A stretch of 64,000 nucleotides of DNA from Lytechinus pictus (Eukaryota), in NCBI RefSeq assembly GCF_037042905.1, contig NC_087252.1:2232001-2296000 (forward strand), written 5' to 3'. Under the pieces are notes generated by a model. That model was not told the origin of the DNA. It worked only from the letters and a program-made list of their open reading frames with translations, and did not search any database. Made by a program: the position numbers and the translations under genes. This document shows, piece by piece, positions 1 through 12,000 of this stretch (positions within the stretch are counted from its first letter, which is position 1; each line of letters starts with the position of its first letter).

Positions 1-343
1 CAGTGCGCCACGAGGGGATTCGTTAATTTTGGGAATTCTTTCTAGATATTTCCATTGTTGATGAGGCCTATTATCGATTGGTCTAATGCCAACTCGTCAT
101 TTGGTCTACCATCAGTTTGTCAAATATTCACATGGTATAAGTGCCATTTCGTCCACTCACCGTTTTGTATAATAACCAGTTGGTCCAATAGCCATTTGGT
201 CTAATTAATTGGACTAAGTGTTACTTGGGCGAAATGAAATGGATATTAGACCGATTGGTTATGAGACGAAATGGTCACAGACGAAATGATAAGTGGACCA
301 AATGTTTATTGGACCATATGGCTGTAGGACGAATTAAAAAGAA

Positions 344-1120
344 GGTAGACCGTGTAATGAGTGGACGATTTAGCAATAGACGAATTGGCAATTCACCTTG
401 ATAAGGGGCCGATGGGGTTTTTCAAAGGTTCATTGAGGTTGAGGTTATGGTCTTTACATTTTTTTTTATAGAGGAAGGCAACTGCTCTCCGTAGATGGCA
501 TTATATGGCGGCAGAGTGTCATTAGTGCAACAAAATATATATTTGTACTAGGAAGAATGGGCCTATAAAAATCCGTTTAAATACTTTTGTTATAGGAGAA
601 CAATGTTAGTCAATTGAAAATAATTTGATCTAACATGTTAAAACAAGAATCAATTGCAATTCAATTCAGAGCCATTAAAAGCAAATTGCAATACATCATC
701 GTGAATGATGCATTGATGTCATAAAGATAAAGCGAAGTTCCTGTGCAATGCTATATTGTGCGAAGTTTCCAAGCCAAACATAATTCGTAGTTATTTATGA
801 TTATTCGGTACTCACGCATTTTATTTGCATTAAAAATCAACTCTTATCAAAATATGGTAATACAAACATTGATCTTGGTTCTGTATACATGATTTATAGA
901 TATTTGTGTTTGCTTCCTATTACAAACACTAATGGCACGCTACCTTATCATAATGCTATCTACGGATAGCAGTTGCCTTCCTCTAAAAACATATTAGACG
1001 TATAGAACAGAACACCATAACTCATACCTCAATGAACCTTAAATAGAACTCATCGGCCCTCATCAAAGTAAATTGCCAGTTCATCTATTGCCAACTCGTC
1101 CACTCATCACACTGTCTACC
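344..1120. repeat. Degenerate inverted repeat (arms ~344-527 and ~927-1120)
   Basis: ggtagaccgtgtaatgagtggacg...gaggaaggcaactgct...cattagtg is the reverse complement of cactaatg...agcagttgccttcctc...gtccactcatcacactgtctacc, with mismatches. Confidence 0.7.
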
Positions 1121-4100
1121 GTTATCAAATGCCATTTCTTTTGAAAATGTTATCTAAGCTGTGCTAGATATTGGGTCAAATGCATAAAAAGTAGCAATTG
1201 CTGGAAATAAATTGCTTCAAGCACAAGCCATTGGCTAGCCAAGCAAAATATCAGGCCTTAGCAATTGCTTTTTTTTTTCGTATATGTAACCATTTGTTGG
1301 TACTTAAAAACCTTACTTGCCTTCAGAAAGCAATTGCTAGCGGTTCGAGCAATAGCGACGTCACGCTGGTGCGAACGCGACTCGCACACTTTTAACGTTT
1401 TTTAATTAATGAATTTATAAAGTTTGCATTCGGTTTGCACTTCTTCAGAAGAAAAAAAATGTTGCTGTAGGCTACTGCACACCTTGGTCAGAGTTATCTT
1501 TTATGAGCATAAACATAATCATAAAACGAGAACGCCATGATCAAGCAATCGCTCAAGCTGCTCTGCTCTGAAAAAACCCTAAGCAAATACTTAAACTCAC
1601 AAGCAAAATATTCACTTTATGTACTACGCTTTTTAGAAATAGCTTTATCGTCAAGCAAGTGCTACCAACCTGTTAGCGATTACTTGAGCATACTACTTGA
1701 GCAAAACCATTTGATCGTTCATTTTTATGCATACTGAATCAAAGCAAAAGCAACTGCTAATTTGTATGCATCTAAACCAAGGAGTACATTTTATTTTAGT
1801 AATATTTATTAATCAATTTATATATATAATTATAATTTTATAAATATAATTTTAGTAATATTTAATAATCAAGAAATAATTAATGAAGACTTACCCTCCC
1901 CCAAATAAGAGTATGGGGGGGGGGGGTTCTCCAGACTTCACATATCTTGCCAGACAAGAAAAAAAAAAAAGTATAGGGGGTCTACATGTATTGGGCTACT
2001 TTTCAGAATCTATTGGCCACATCTGCCTCATTCTTGGGGAAGTTTTAACATTGAATAGGGAGTTGCCCGCCCGGGGCTCTTTTTAAAATTTCTTACGGGC
2101 AGATTGCACAATAGGTTCTTTGCAAGGGCAGTCTATTTGTGTCGTTGATATGTAATGCTGTGCCGTATGATTCACATTTTTAATATCCATCACATATAAA
2201 TATAAAAAGATATACATGTAAGCCTAAATACATCTATTTTTTAGATTCAATGTGTAGGTCTACTATGCCGGGGGGGGGGGGTACTGAAAGGGGTAGAATA
2301 CCTGAACAAGAACCAGACTTCAGACAGGATAGTTTTAGAGTCAAACCATAACATAAAAGGCTTTTCCAAAAGTTCCACTCCCCTCCCCTACATGTATCAA
2401 TCAGTCCTCAGTAATATATATGAAAGCTTCAAGTGCAAACAATAATATGTGTATGCCTGTAAACCCTTACACTCTCCCCCATTAAAATAACCCTATGGGT
2501 TTATTTTTATTTTTATTTTTCTTTAACTAATTAGTAACCACAATTAATTAAATGCAATACATACAATATCATGTCTTGTCATTAGTACATGCAACGATAC
2601 TCCACTTATAAGTTCAATAAAACATTCATATATGAACTTGGCGATAGTAATGTAACAAATATTTTTACCCTTTGTTTCTTCAGCGTAAAATACTCATTTG
2701 ACTGAATAAACACAATGGACTAAATGCAATACATTAACATGTCCTATCAATAATTCATGTGACAAGACTCCACCAATAAATCAGATATAACATGCATGTA
2801 TAGTATGAAACTGCAAACAGCAATTTAACAAGTCTGGAGATGTCATATCCTTAAGACCGTCCAAAAGCTAACAAACATTAATAGGCAATAAAACTCCTTA
2901 AAACATCCCAGCGCAGCTGGAGGATGAGACAGCAAAATAACATTTAACACCAATCAGAATTTATCCAAACAAACTGGAAACAAAACTGCTGGCTAATAAC
3001 AAAATATCAACAACAAACAGTATCAACATAATTTTTTTACATGGTAATAATGTAGCTTCGCAGTGACATATTTGTACATCTACTCAGTTTTCAAAACTTT
3101 AGTATCTAAATTCTAATGAAGTATGCAGTTGGAAATATTAAAAAGATTTCCATGAAGTATTTTCAACTTGAAACAATTTATGGTAAAATGCTTACAATCA
3201 TACTTTCAACACAATATACACATTTTTTGGGGGGTTGTTTGATGTTTTGATGAGATCAGGAATGGTTTTCAATTAGTTGAAACCATATGTTTGGTACATG
3301 ATGTAATCATACAGTAAACACAGTTAAATATGCATGCAAGTTTATTTGGTAAATTTGATGAAGATCTAGTTCATGCCGAATTTTTTTGGTTTAGTATAAT
3401 GCCTTTATTTCATAACTGAGTTCTCAGGAATAACTCGACCAATGATGCACAATAGTTTTCACAATGTTCAGAGTCCATTGTCAATGAAGTCATGGGCACA
3501 GTTTTAGCTGGTCCACATGGACAATGCGATTTTTTTCCTTATTCTTTTCATTCACAATCTCAAAGTTTACAGGAGTCAGTTGCTTTTTAAAAACCGCTTG
3601 CTCGCTACGCTGTCTCGCTTAGAAAACCTAAATCAAAATATCTATCTTATCAATTAGAAATCACTTAAAAAAAAGGCTTTGCTCAACTTAATTTCTACAA
3701 AACACACATCTACTTCACGCAGTTGATAATCTCACTTTGAAAATACATGTATCTGTTTGTACCAAAATGTCCATTTTGATATATAAGTGCCTTTTTGGCT
3801 TTGACCCCCCCCCCCCCATAGAAATAGGATCTGCCGCCCCTGTCTCAGGGAGTGTAGAAAAACATACGTTGAGAATGGGCATGTCAGGATCAGACTACCG
3901 TGGTAATAATAATTATTGCAATTATGTAAATCGCCTAGAAAAATTGTGTATTAAATGTCCAAAGGTAACTATATTATTATTTTAATATCATGTCTAAATC
4001 TATCATGAAATTATTTTTGTTTTGAATGTACAAGGGCGAAAATATATTCTCGCTCAGTCCGCTCGCTCACATACATTTTGCCATGTGTGATGTCTGCCAC

Positions 4101-4698
4101 CTAAGCATTGTTAGCTCATTGTTCTGTATATTGTAAGTTTGAAATGCCTTGGCCTTGAAGTTTTCAGGCCTTGGCATTGGTCTTGGTCTTCCATGCCTTG
4201 GCCTTGGCCTTGGAGGTTTGAGCCTTGACCACAACACTGCTTAACATCGTGCCTGAGTTTCAGGTTACATGATCAAGTTCAAATGTTATTATTTTAAGGT
4301 AAACGAACTTTTGACATGTTAGGGTTATTTGTTGAATGGCCATCATAAATTTAAATACAGTAGTGCGATGGAATGTACTTATGATTAGTGCTCTCGAATT
4401 ATAAGAATTGCAGAGCCTGGCCCAGTGGTCCAGCACTAACAAGAGATCTAAAAGCAAACATTGTACATGTACGTACTTTGAGTAAATGAGACACTGGCGC
4501 ATATTATGTGTAATGGCTATGTATCTGTTTTTATTTCAACTTTTCTGTCGTTTTATCAAGGATCGTAAACGCAACCTTTAATCTTGAAGTGATTGAATAA
4601 ACAGAAAATCATACATACATAATTCAAACGCTATGTTAACAAGAAAGAAATGAACTCGACAGAGGATGGCTTAGTACAAGACAAGTACAGCGATACAA

Positions 4699-4765
4699 AT
4701 GGCGGCCAAACGAATGCATCTCTCTCTGTGGGTCGTATATGCTTTTGTTTTCTACTTCTTTTTAG
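4699..4765 (+). CDS. Copy A exon 1, signal peptide (MAAKRMHLSLWVVYAFVFYFFL)
   Basis: ATG, basic N-region, hydrophobic core, donor G|GTATGT; conserved at 41574-41640. Confidence 0.8.
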
Positions 4766-7700
4766 GTATGTAGTGATTTATTTATTTGCAGTGATTTATT
4801 ATTTGCAGTATTTTGGGGATGTCTAGTGACCGAGGCGTGACTAGGCTGAACGATGTTACGTATAAGCCTAAAGCAGACACATTCATATCAAGGAAGTTTG
4901 GCAAAATTTACGTTGTCACGCCCCACCCATTATATACCTATAAAGCCTCGTTTTGCCTCTATCAAATTCGAAAGGGGAGGGGAGAGGGGGGTCTTTTCTA
5001 GGTTAATGTATTTACTTGTGCTTCTTTTTTCGTCTTGTCCTATAATTTTTATTTCGCTCCAACTGTCAAAGCATGCACGCTAAAGAGTATGAACTAAAAA
5101 AAGTTTTGAAATCTGAATTTGAACGATAACTTCTCCATTTTTTGTGTGGATATTAATGTATGATTAATACAAATGAATAGACCATTTAATTTTCTTTAAA
5201 ATGATGCCCTACTTCATTGATATTGTTTTTCCTACAAGATATATAGGGGATGTACTCGCATGTGACGTCACAAATGAAAAGACAAAATTATCGTAATCTA
5301 AGTATTATCTCTGATTCATTTTCCTAAAAATCTCCAATATAGTTCATGATTTTTCTGCTAATTTCTACAATAAAGTCTAGGTGACCTTTCCCTTTAAAGT
5401 TTCCCTGGCGCTTTTGGTAAATATAATAGATATAACAGGCATTGTTGTTTCTAGAGGCTCTAAAGAATCGCAACTCAACTTAACATTTTACTTACCATTA
5501 CTACATGCCTTAACTGATATAGTGAAATGAACTGAAACACATAATACTGAAAAAACAGTAGCTTATAAACGTTTCCTGTGTCATTTAGGGATACGTGGTG
5601 ACGTTCCTGATGATACTGTCTACACCGAGTTGCACAAAGATGTTAGAATAGGAGACAGTGCAGTATTGACATGCCATTTTCGAGGTTCACCGTTGGCTGT
5701 CTATTGGAAGAAAGGTGATGACCCAAGAAGCGCACCAAACCTTGTATCATGGATTCCTTCTGATGACGTCACCGGTTTATGTGAAGGTCAAAGACCATGT
5801 GAGATCATGGAGATGAATGAAAATCGCTCCTTGGTCATCAAAGAAGTCAGTATGGCCGAACAAGGTCGATACATCTGCAGAGTTTCTAACTACAAGGGAA
5901 TTCTAATACACAACTTCACAGATATCAGACTGTTTTGTAAGTATTTTGATTTCCGACCTGATCATGTCCTCTGCGTTTTACTGCGTAACATCTTAGATTT
6001 AAACATTTTTAACGAGTGCTTTCATATAAGAGTAAACAGTCCCGAATTCAGAACCCTTAGACCCCCACTAAGAACTTAACATGAAGGGGGGGGGGGTCAC
6101 TCAGGTCTGGAAATAAAATGATTTGACCAGATACAGTTGAATAAGAAATACGAGTCAAGAAGATTATGATATTTTAAGAACTCAATCTGTGTTTTTGGAT
6201 GAAACAGCACTGGTTAATGTTGTTGAATTAATTTTCATTCAAATGGTATCCTGCAGCAATGTGAAAATAGGATTGACTATACTGATTTAGCATGTAAGAT
6301 AACCATTGCTGCAATTTAGCAGTGCATGGGAGATTTATCATATACACGTGTGTGAAAATATAAAGTAATCAAGATTTAATGCAGTAACGTAGTAAACTTT
6401 TAGAGGGGACATGGTATCATGGGCCTTTCTATTGCATAGATATGAAATGAGAGAAATAAATTGAATTGAATTCATCTCCATGACAGCGTGAATAAAACGG
6501 TTTAAACAAAAGATTGCTAACCTTTAAAATTTAATGACTCTACTATTAATTTTGATCAGATTCATTTTATATATGTATAGCTGAGCAATGAATAATACAT
6601 TACAATCTCTTCTATTGTAGCTCCTCCTGTAGAACCCTACCCAATCATCAACCAGTGTCAGAGAAAGGAAGGTTCTATGAAATCTACTTCTCCTTCAAAG
6701 GGTTGCAGGATTTCAACCGACACGCCTGTAAACATCACATGCTCAGTCTTCGGATTCTACCCGGATATCAACCTGTTCTTCCTTCATGGGTCTTCAAAGG
6801 TAACCAATTTTAAGAGTATTGAGTGGGAAAATGAAGACGGTTCTAAGAACCAAACCATATTGATAGAAGCTAGAGTCAGTGACCGGCCATATGTATGCAT
6901 TGCGTCAGATGTACCTGGTTCAACAGAGGAGAGAGCCTGGGAGATATTCCTAGATCGAGTCCCTTCAGATGAGACAACGTCAGCCAATCCCGAGAAAGGT
7001 GATATAAGTAGTGCCACAAATCCCGCGAAGATTGGTAAGCAAGCATTAATTAATCGGTATAGAAATGCATTCTTATGTTTTTATTCATTATAGAAACGTT
7101 GCATGTAATTTTAGCAATGATTTTTCCCCATTCAAATTATAACTTTTTAAAAGCCCCCTAATGTGATACAAACTCAGGCACTGACGTTTAAGATGAGATA
7201 ATATTATTATGACATCAACAAAAACTTTGCTCTCACAATCTCTGAAATCGGTGTGAATCGGGTTCCAACTGCTAATTTCAGGTTTAAGATGAATTTGCCA
7301 GTAGAGTTTGAATTTGATTAAAATGTTTCAATGGTTAACAGATATAACATGATTACCTGCAAATCAAAACAAGTGAATATACCTTGTAAGCAATGTGACT
7401 ACACAAGATAAATAGTGTTTAGATGAAACACTAATCTGATAATCACATTATTTAGTAATGATATAAATATACATGAATATAAAACTAAATATAGAATAAT
7501 CTGAATTATTAACCGAACATGTGAATAAAAAAACACGAATCCTTGCACTGAATCTAATAACTGACGGTTGTAGGTAGACCCGATGTCAACTCTGTAAATG
7601 CAAAGGAGCTAATCTGGTCAGTAATCGTTTATTTTCTGTATTATGCATTCATATTGAATATATTTTGTTTATTTTCAACTTATCATTTGATTACAATTCG

Positions 7701-8975
7701 TAATTATTTGTATAAACTTACCTTTTTTGTCTTATCACCTGTTAATAATTACGATTATTATGTTTTATGTGTAATTCATGTATACTAAAATTGGGTGTCT
7801 TTTACTTTGTTCATTTTATTCACGACACGGCCCCAATGCAAATCAGACTCTGTATCTGTTTGGGTTTTTTACCGTGTGAAAATAAAATTTATCTATCAAT
7901 CTTCTCAGAGTGAGATAAGGGACCAGTCCTGTTGGAATGAAATTTCAATATCTCAAATGTAAATTGTAAAAAGATGCACACTTTCTTTAAACTCTCTGTT
8001 GAAAGATTGAAATCTCATTCGATCATGACTAGTCCTTTATCTCACTCTGAAAGGAGTGTGACTATGGACCAGATTAGCTCAACAGCATCTAGAGAATACC
8101 TTTAAATCTAGAACTCTTTACCGCTTTAGAACGAGCTAGGTCTATATGTCATATATACAGTGCGTCCCAGAAAACCGAAACCGAGATTTATCGATTATTT
8201 AGCATTACTTAATCACAAAAACAATAGACAAGTGACCTATTATTGTAAAGCTTAAAATCTCCTCTTTCATCTGAAATTACTTACCTTAGTTTTCATTCAC
8301 TCATGAGTGAGCAAAAACAATTTGAAAAAGGGATACCAAAAAGTCACTTGGCGGGCTGTATCTGGGTTTCGAAGGGAAAACCACATGTTTAAAAAGTTCA
8401 ATATCTGCTCCTTAATTTGATACCTCAATTACAGAAAATGATAGAGAAATAAAAAAGTTCTGGTTACTTGAAATAAGGCTTCAATTTCATAAAATGAAGA
8501 GGTTTTTACGGGCTAGCGTTCAGACTCACTAGACACACCGTTTTGTTGACGATAAGCCATGCATTAAGTATTTTGTTAACCCGTGCGATAGCTTCTGTGG
8601 GAAACCGATGAAAACACGTTTATTTAATGAAATTATGGAAATACAAGCATTGTTTCGATGAAACAGAACTTTTTTACTTCTCGACCATTTTCTGTGATTA
8701 AGGTATCAAATACAAGAGCAGATATTGAACTTTTTAGGCAAGTGATTTTCTTTTTGAAATTCAGATACCCCCTTCAAATGAGTTTTTGGTTTCCTTTCTA
8801 CAAATGTTTTTTGCTCACTCATGCGTGAATAAGAAATAATCTTAGTAATTTCAATTGAAAGAGGAGATTCTAAGCTTTACAATGGTAGGTCACTTGTCTA
8901 TTGTATTTGTGATTAAGTTATGATAAATCATCGATAAGTCTCGGTTTCTGGGACGCACTGTATTTATATATACTG

Positions 8976-9007
<32 letters not shown>

Positions 9008-12000
9008 AGGGTGTGAGGGTGTGTGTGTGTGTGTGTGTGATTTGGTGTGCGGGTGTGTGTATACACATTTGTAAGGAGTAGAGTAGAATTAAGGATGGAT
9101 CAAAGTATACACTATGTTGTAAAACTTTTCGGCCCTGGCCTTCTTCATGTTTTATTTGCTAAACAAAGCAAATAAAGCAAACCATAGAATAAACAACAGA
9201 ACGAACATAATGGTAAATAATACCAAATTAAAGGAAAACCAAAACACATATGAGAAATGTTAAGGTAATAACACGAAATAAGGATCATACTCAACAGAAA
9301 GAAAAAGTAAAGTGAACTAGTATATATATACACACACATACATATATATATAATCCTTCAATTGTTCAAGTTCTAGGAGTAAATTATATTCCGACATTCA
9401 TCATACATGTAACCAAATAAGAGCTGTAATAAAGATATTATAAAGTTCAAAACCTATTTTACCCACACAGTGGTACCAATCCTACTGATACTTGCAGTCG
9501 CCACGGCATGCATGGTATTCTTGTGGCGGAGATCAAGGAAACGGCAGGCCAGACGTCACATAGGTAAGAATTGTAATTCATTCTGCACATTTATGTAATC
9601 TCGGTTTATTGTTATGTAGTATGTATTTAACTCCCTGTTATCCTTTCAGTCATTCCCCTTCACTTGTTTATAAACTCCCCCAATGTCATCTAAGAATCCC
9701 AAAACCCCCAATACCATTTAACTCCTAAACCTTGACCATAAAAATACCAACCCCCATTGACGTCAGCTAACTTCAAGGAACAAAAATTCTAAGAAGTATG
9801 ACTCACACTTCCAGCCCCAGTCACTTGCACAGAGCATCACCACACCCCTTTTACCAGAGAAAGTTTGATAGACAGTTACCTGTAGACCCAGAACAAGTTT
9901 AGATCACTCCCACCTTAAATTGTTATACCCCCAAAACTAATGTAAGACTTTTGATTAGAAGGAGAGAGAGAGAATACTAGATCCACACTCATCGATGTAT
10001 AGACTGACTGACTTCAAGACTTAGACGGCCATCAAATATTATCTTAACTTCACAATCTCAATCTTATACTTCGAAATTAATCATATTCATCGTCTCCTAT
10101 AATATCTGAATCTTCATGTACATCGAACTGTAGCTGAATATTGATGATTAAATACCCAGTGATTTTGAACTGTATAACTTTCTCCAAAGTTTCTTCACTA
10201 CGCTTCCCTTTTAAATTATTATTACCGATCCCAACACGACATTATTACCACAATCGTTTAGTAGTCACCACTTGCATACGGATGGGGAAGGGGATTCTGG
10301 CTTCCAAAATGCTCTATAACATAGGGGGGGGGGGGTTACAATTAATATGTTGCCTATTATGTGAAAATCTGTAACAGAATTCATTTTCCATATAAAAGAC
10401 GCAAATATTTCGCTTGCTCTTTGCACTCGCTCACGACATGTTTGAAAATATATATTATTCAGGGTGTTGCGCCGTTTAAAAATATTTGTTATATTATGCA
10501 ACCGGTACCACTACATCATTGTAATCAATTGGTTTGATACTGATTGGCTAGACTTCCAATATAACACCAGACTATGGAAATAAATTGTAATATCTGAAAA
10601 GGATTCAATTCAGAATAAATCAATTTGCCATGTTTTACACTGTAGGTAGACGTGATGTCGAGGAGTCAGAGTTATTGGTGCAGAAAATGAAGGTACAAGG
10701 TAAGTGAAGCACGAAAACACATTAGCTAAGCATTAAATACGACAGGGAAGGAACTTGTCTTAAAGGACAAGTCCACCCCAACAAAAACTTGATTTGAATA
10801 AAAAGAGAAAAATTCAACAAGCATAACACTGAAAATTTCATCAAAATCGGATGTAAAATAAGAAAGTTATGACATTTTAAAGTTTCGCTTCATTTCACAA
10901 AACAGTTATATGCACATCTTGGTCGGTATGTAAATGAGGGAACTGATGACATCACTCACTCACTATTTCTTTTGTATTTTATTATATGAAATATGAAATA
11001 TTTTGATTTTCTCGTCATTGTCATGTGAAATAAAGTTTCATTCCTCCCTGAATACGTGGAATTCTATTATTTTAAAATGTTGTGCTTCAGGCAAGGAGGT
11101 CATAATTGTCAAATTCGTAAAAAATCAAATATTGTATAATTCAAACAATAAAAAACAAAAGAAATAGTGAGTGAGTGACATCATCAACTCTTTCATTTGG
11201 ATGTATCTGGCTCGTTCATATAACTATTTTGTTAAAAATAAGCGAATCTTTGAAATGTCATAACTTTCTTATTTTACATCCGATTTTGATGAAATTTTCA
11301 GCATTGTGCTTGTCTGATTTTTCTCTATTGATTCAAATCAACATTTTTCTGAAGTGGACTTGACCTTTAAACCTGATTCTTCATCACCATATTATCCAAA
11401 TATATGGCACCACGCCGACGCGCTTGGTGTAAAACAAACAACGTAATCAAATAATAAAAAAAATATAGTGGAAATAACTTAAAACAAAAAAGGGTATTAA
11501 GTTCGACAAAATAGCTTAATTATCATATATCTGTCCAAGCGTTCAAAAAGACAACAGGCCCTTTTTTACACGTTCAGTAATGAACTGCGATAAAAGGAAC
11601 GAAAATGCATGTTCTATCTTAATTGATAGGGAATTATTGTATGAAAATCAAGCGCAGTATAAATCATAGCAAGTTAATGTTTTGAACTAGTTTTTTTTTA
11701 CACATTTCCCATTAACAGGGGTTGTCTCTTTTTATGAACTGTGGCTACTGGCTTATGACACTCCGAATGATGAGATGGCAAAGGTATACGCTGCTCTTGT
11801 TAAGCTTGGTATTACCAATATCAAGGGACAAATGGGTAGAGGATTTGTGTATGATGCTCTTTGTGAATGGAAAGAGAGATCATATGCACCTGACCAACCA
11901 CAGATGTTAAGAGATGCCTTAGAGGAAGTGGGCCTTGAGAGTACATGGCAAGTTATTTATGGTATGTATTTTCATTTCTTCCATTCAATATTAACAAACA

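Noticed and set aside
1198-4502. Short ORFs in the track here and at 17220-21123, 36116-36313, 38963-39790 and 55880-59484, plus antisense ORFs over exons and retroelements
   Set aside because: They lie in MITEs, satellites or low-complexity DNA, or are shadows of real ORFs; they show no domain motifs or splice-compatible structure.
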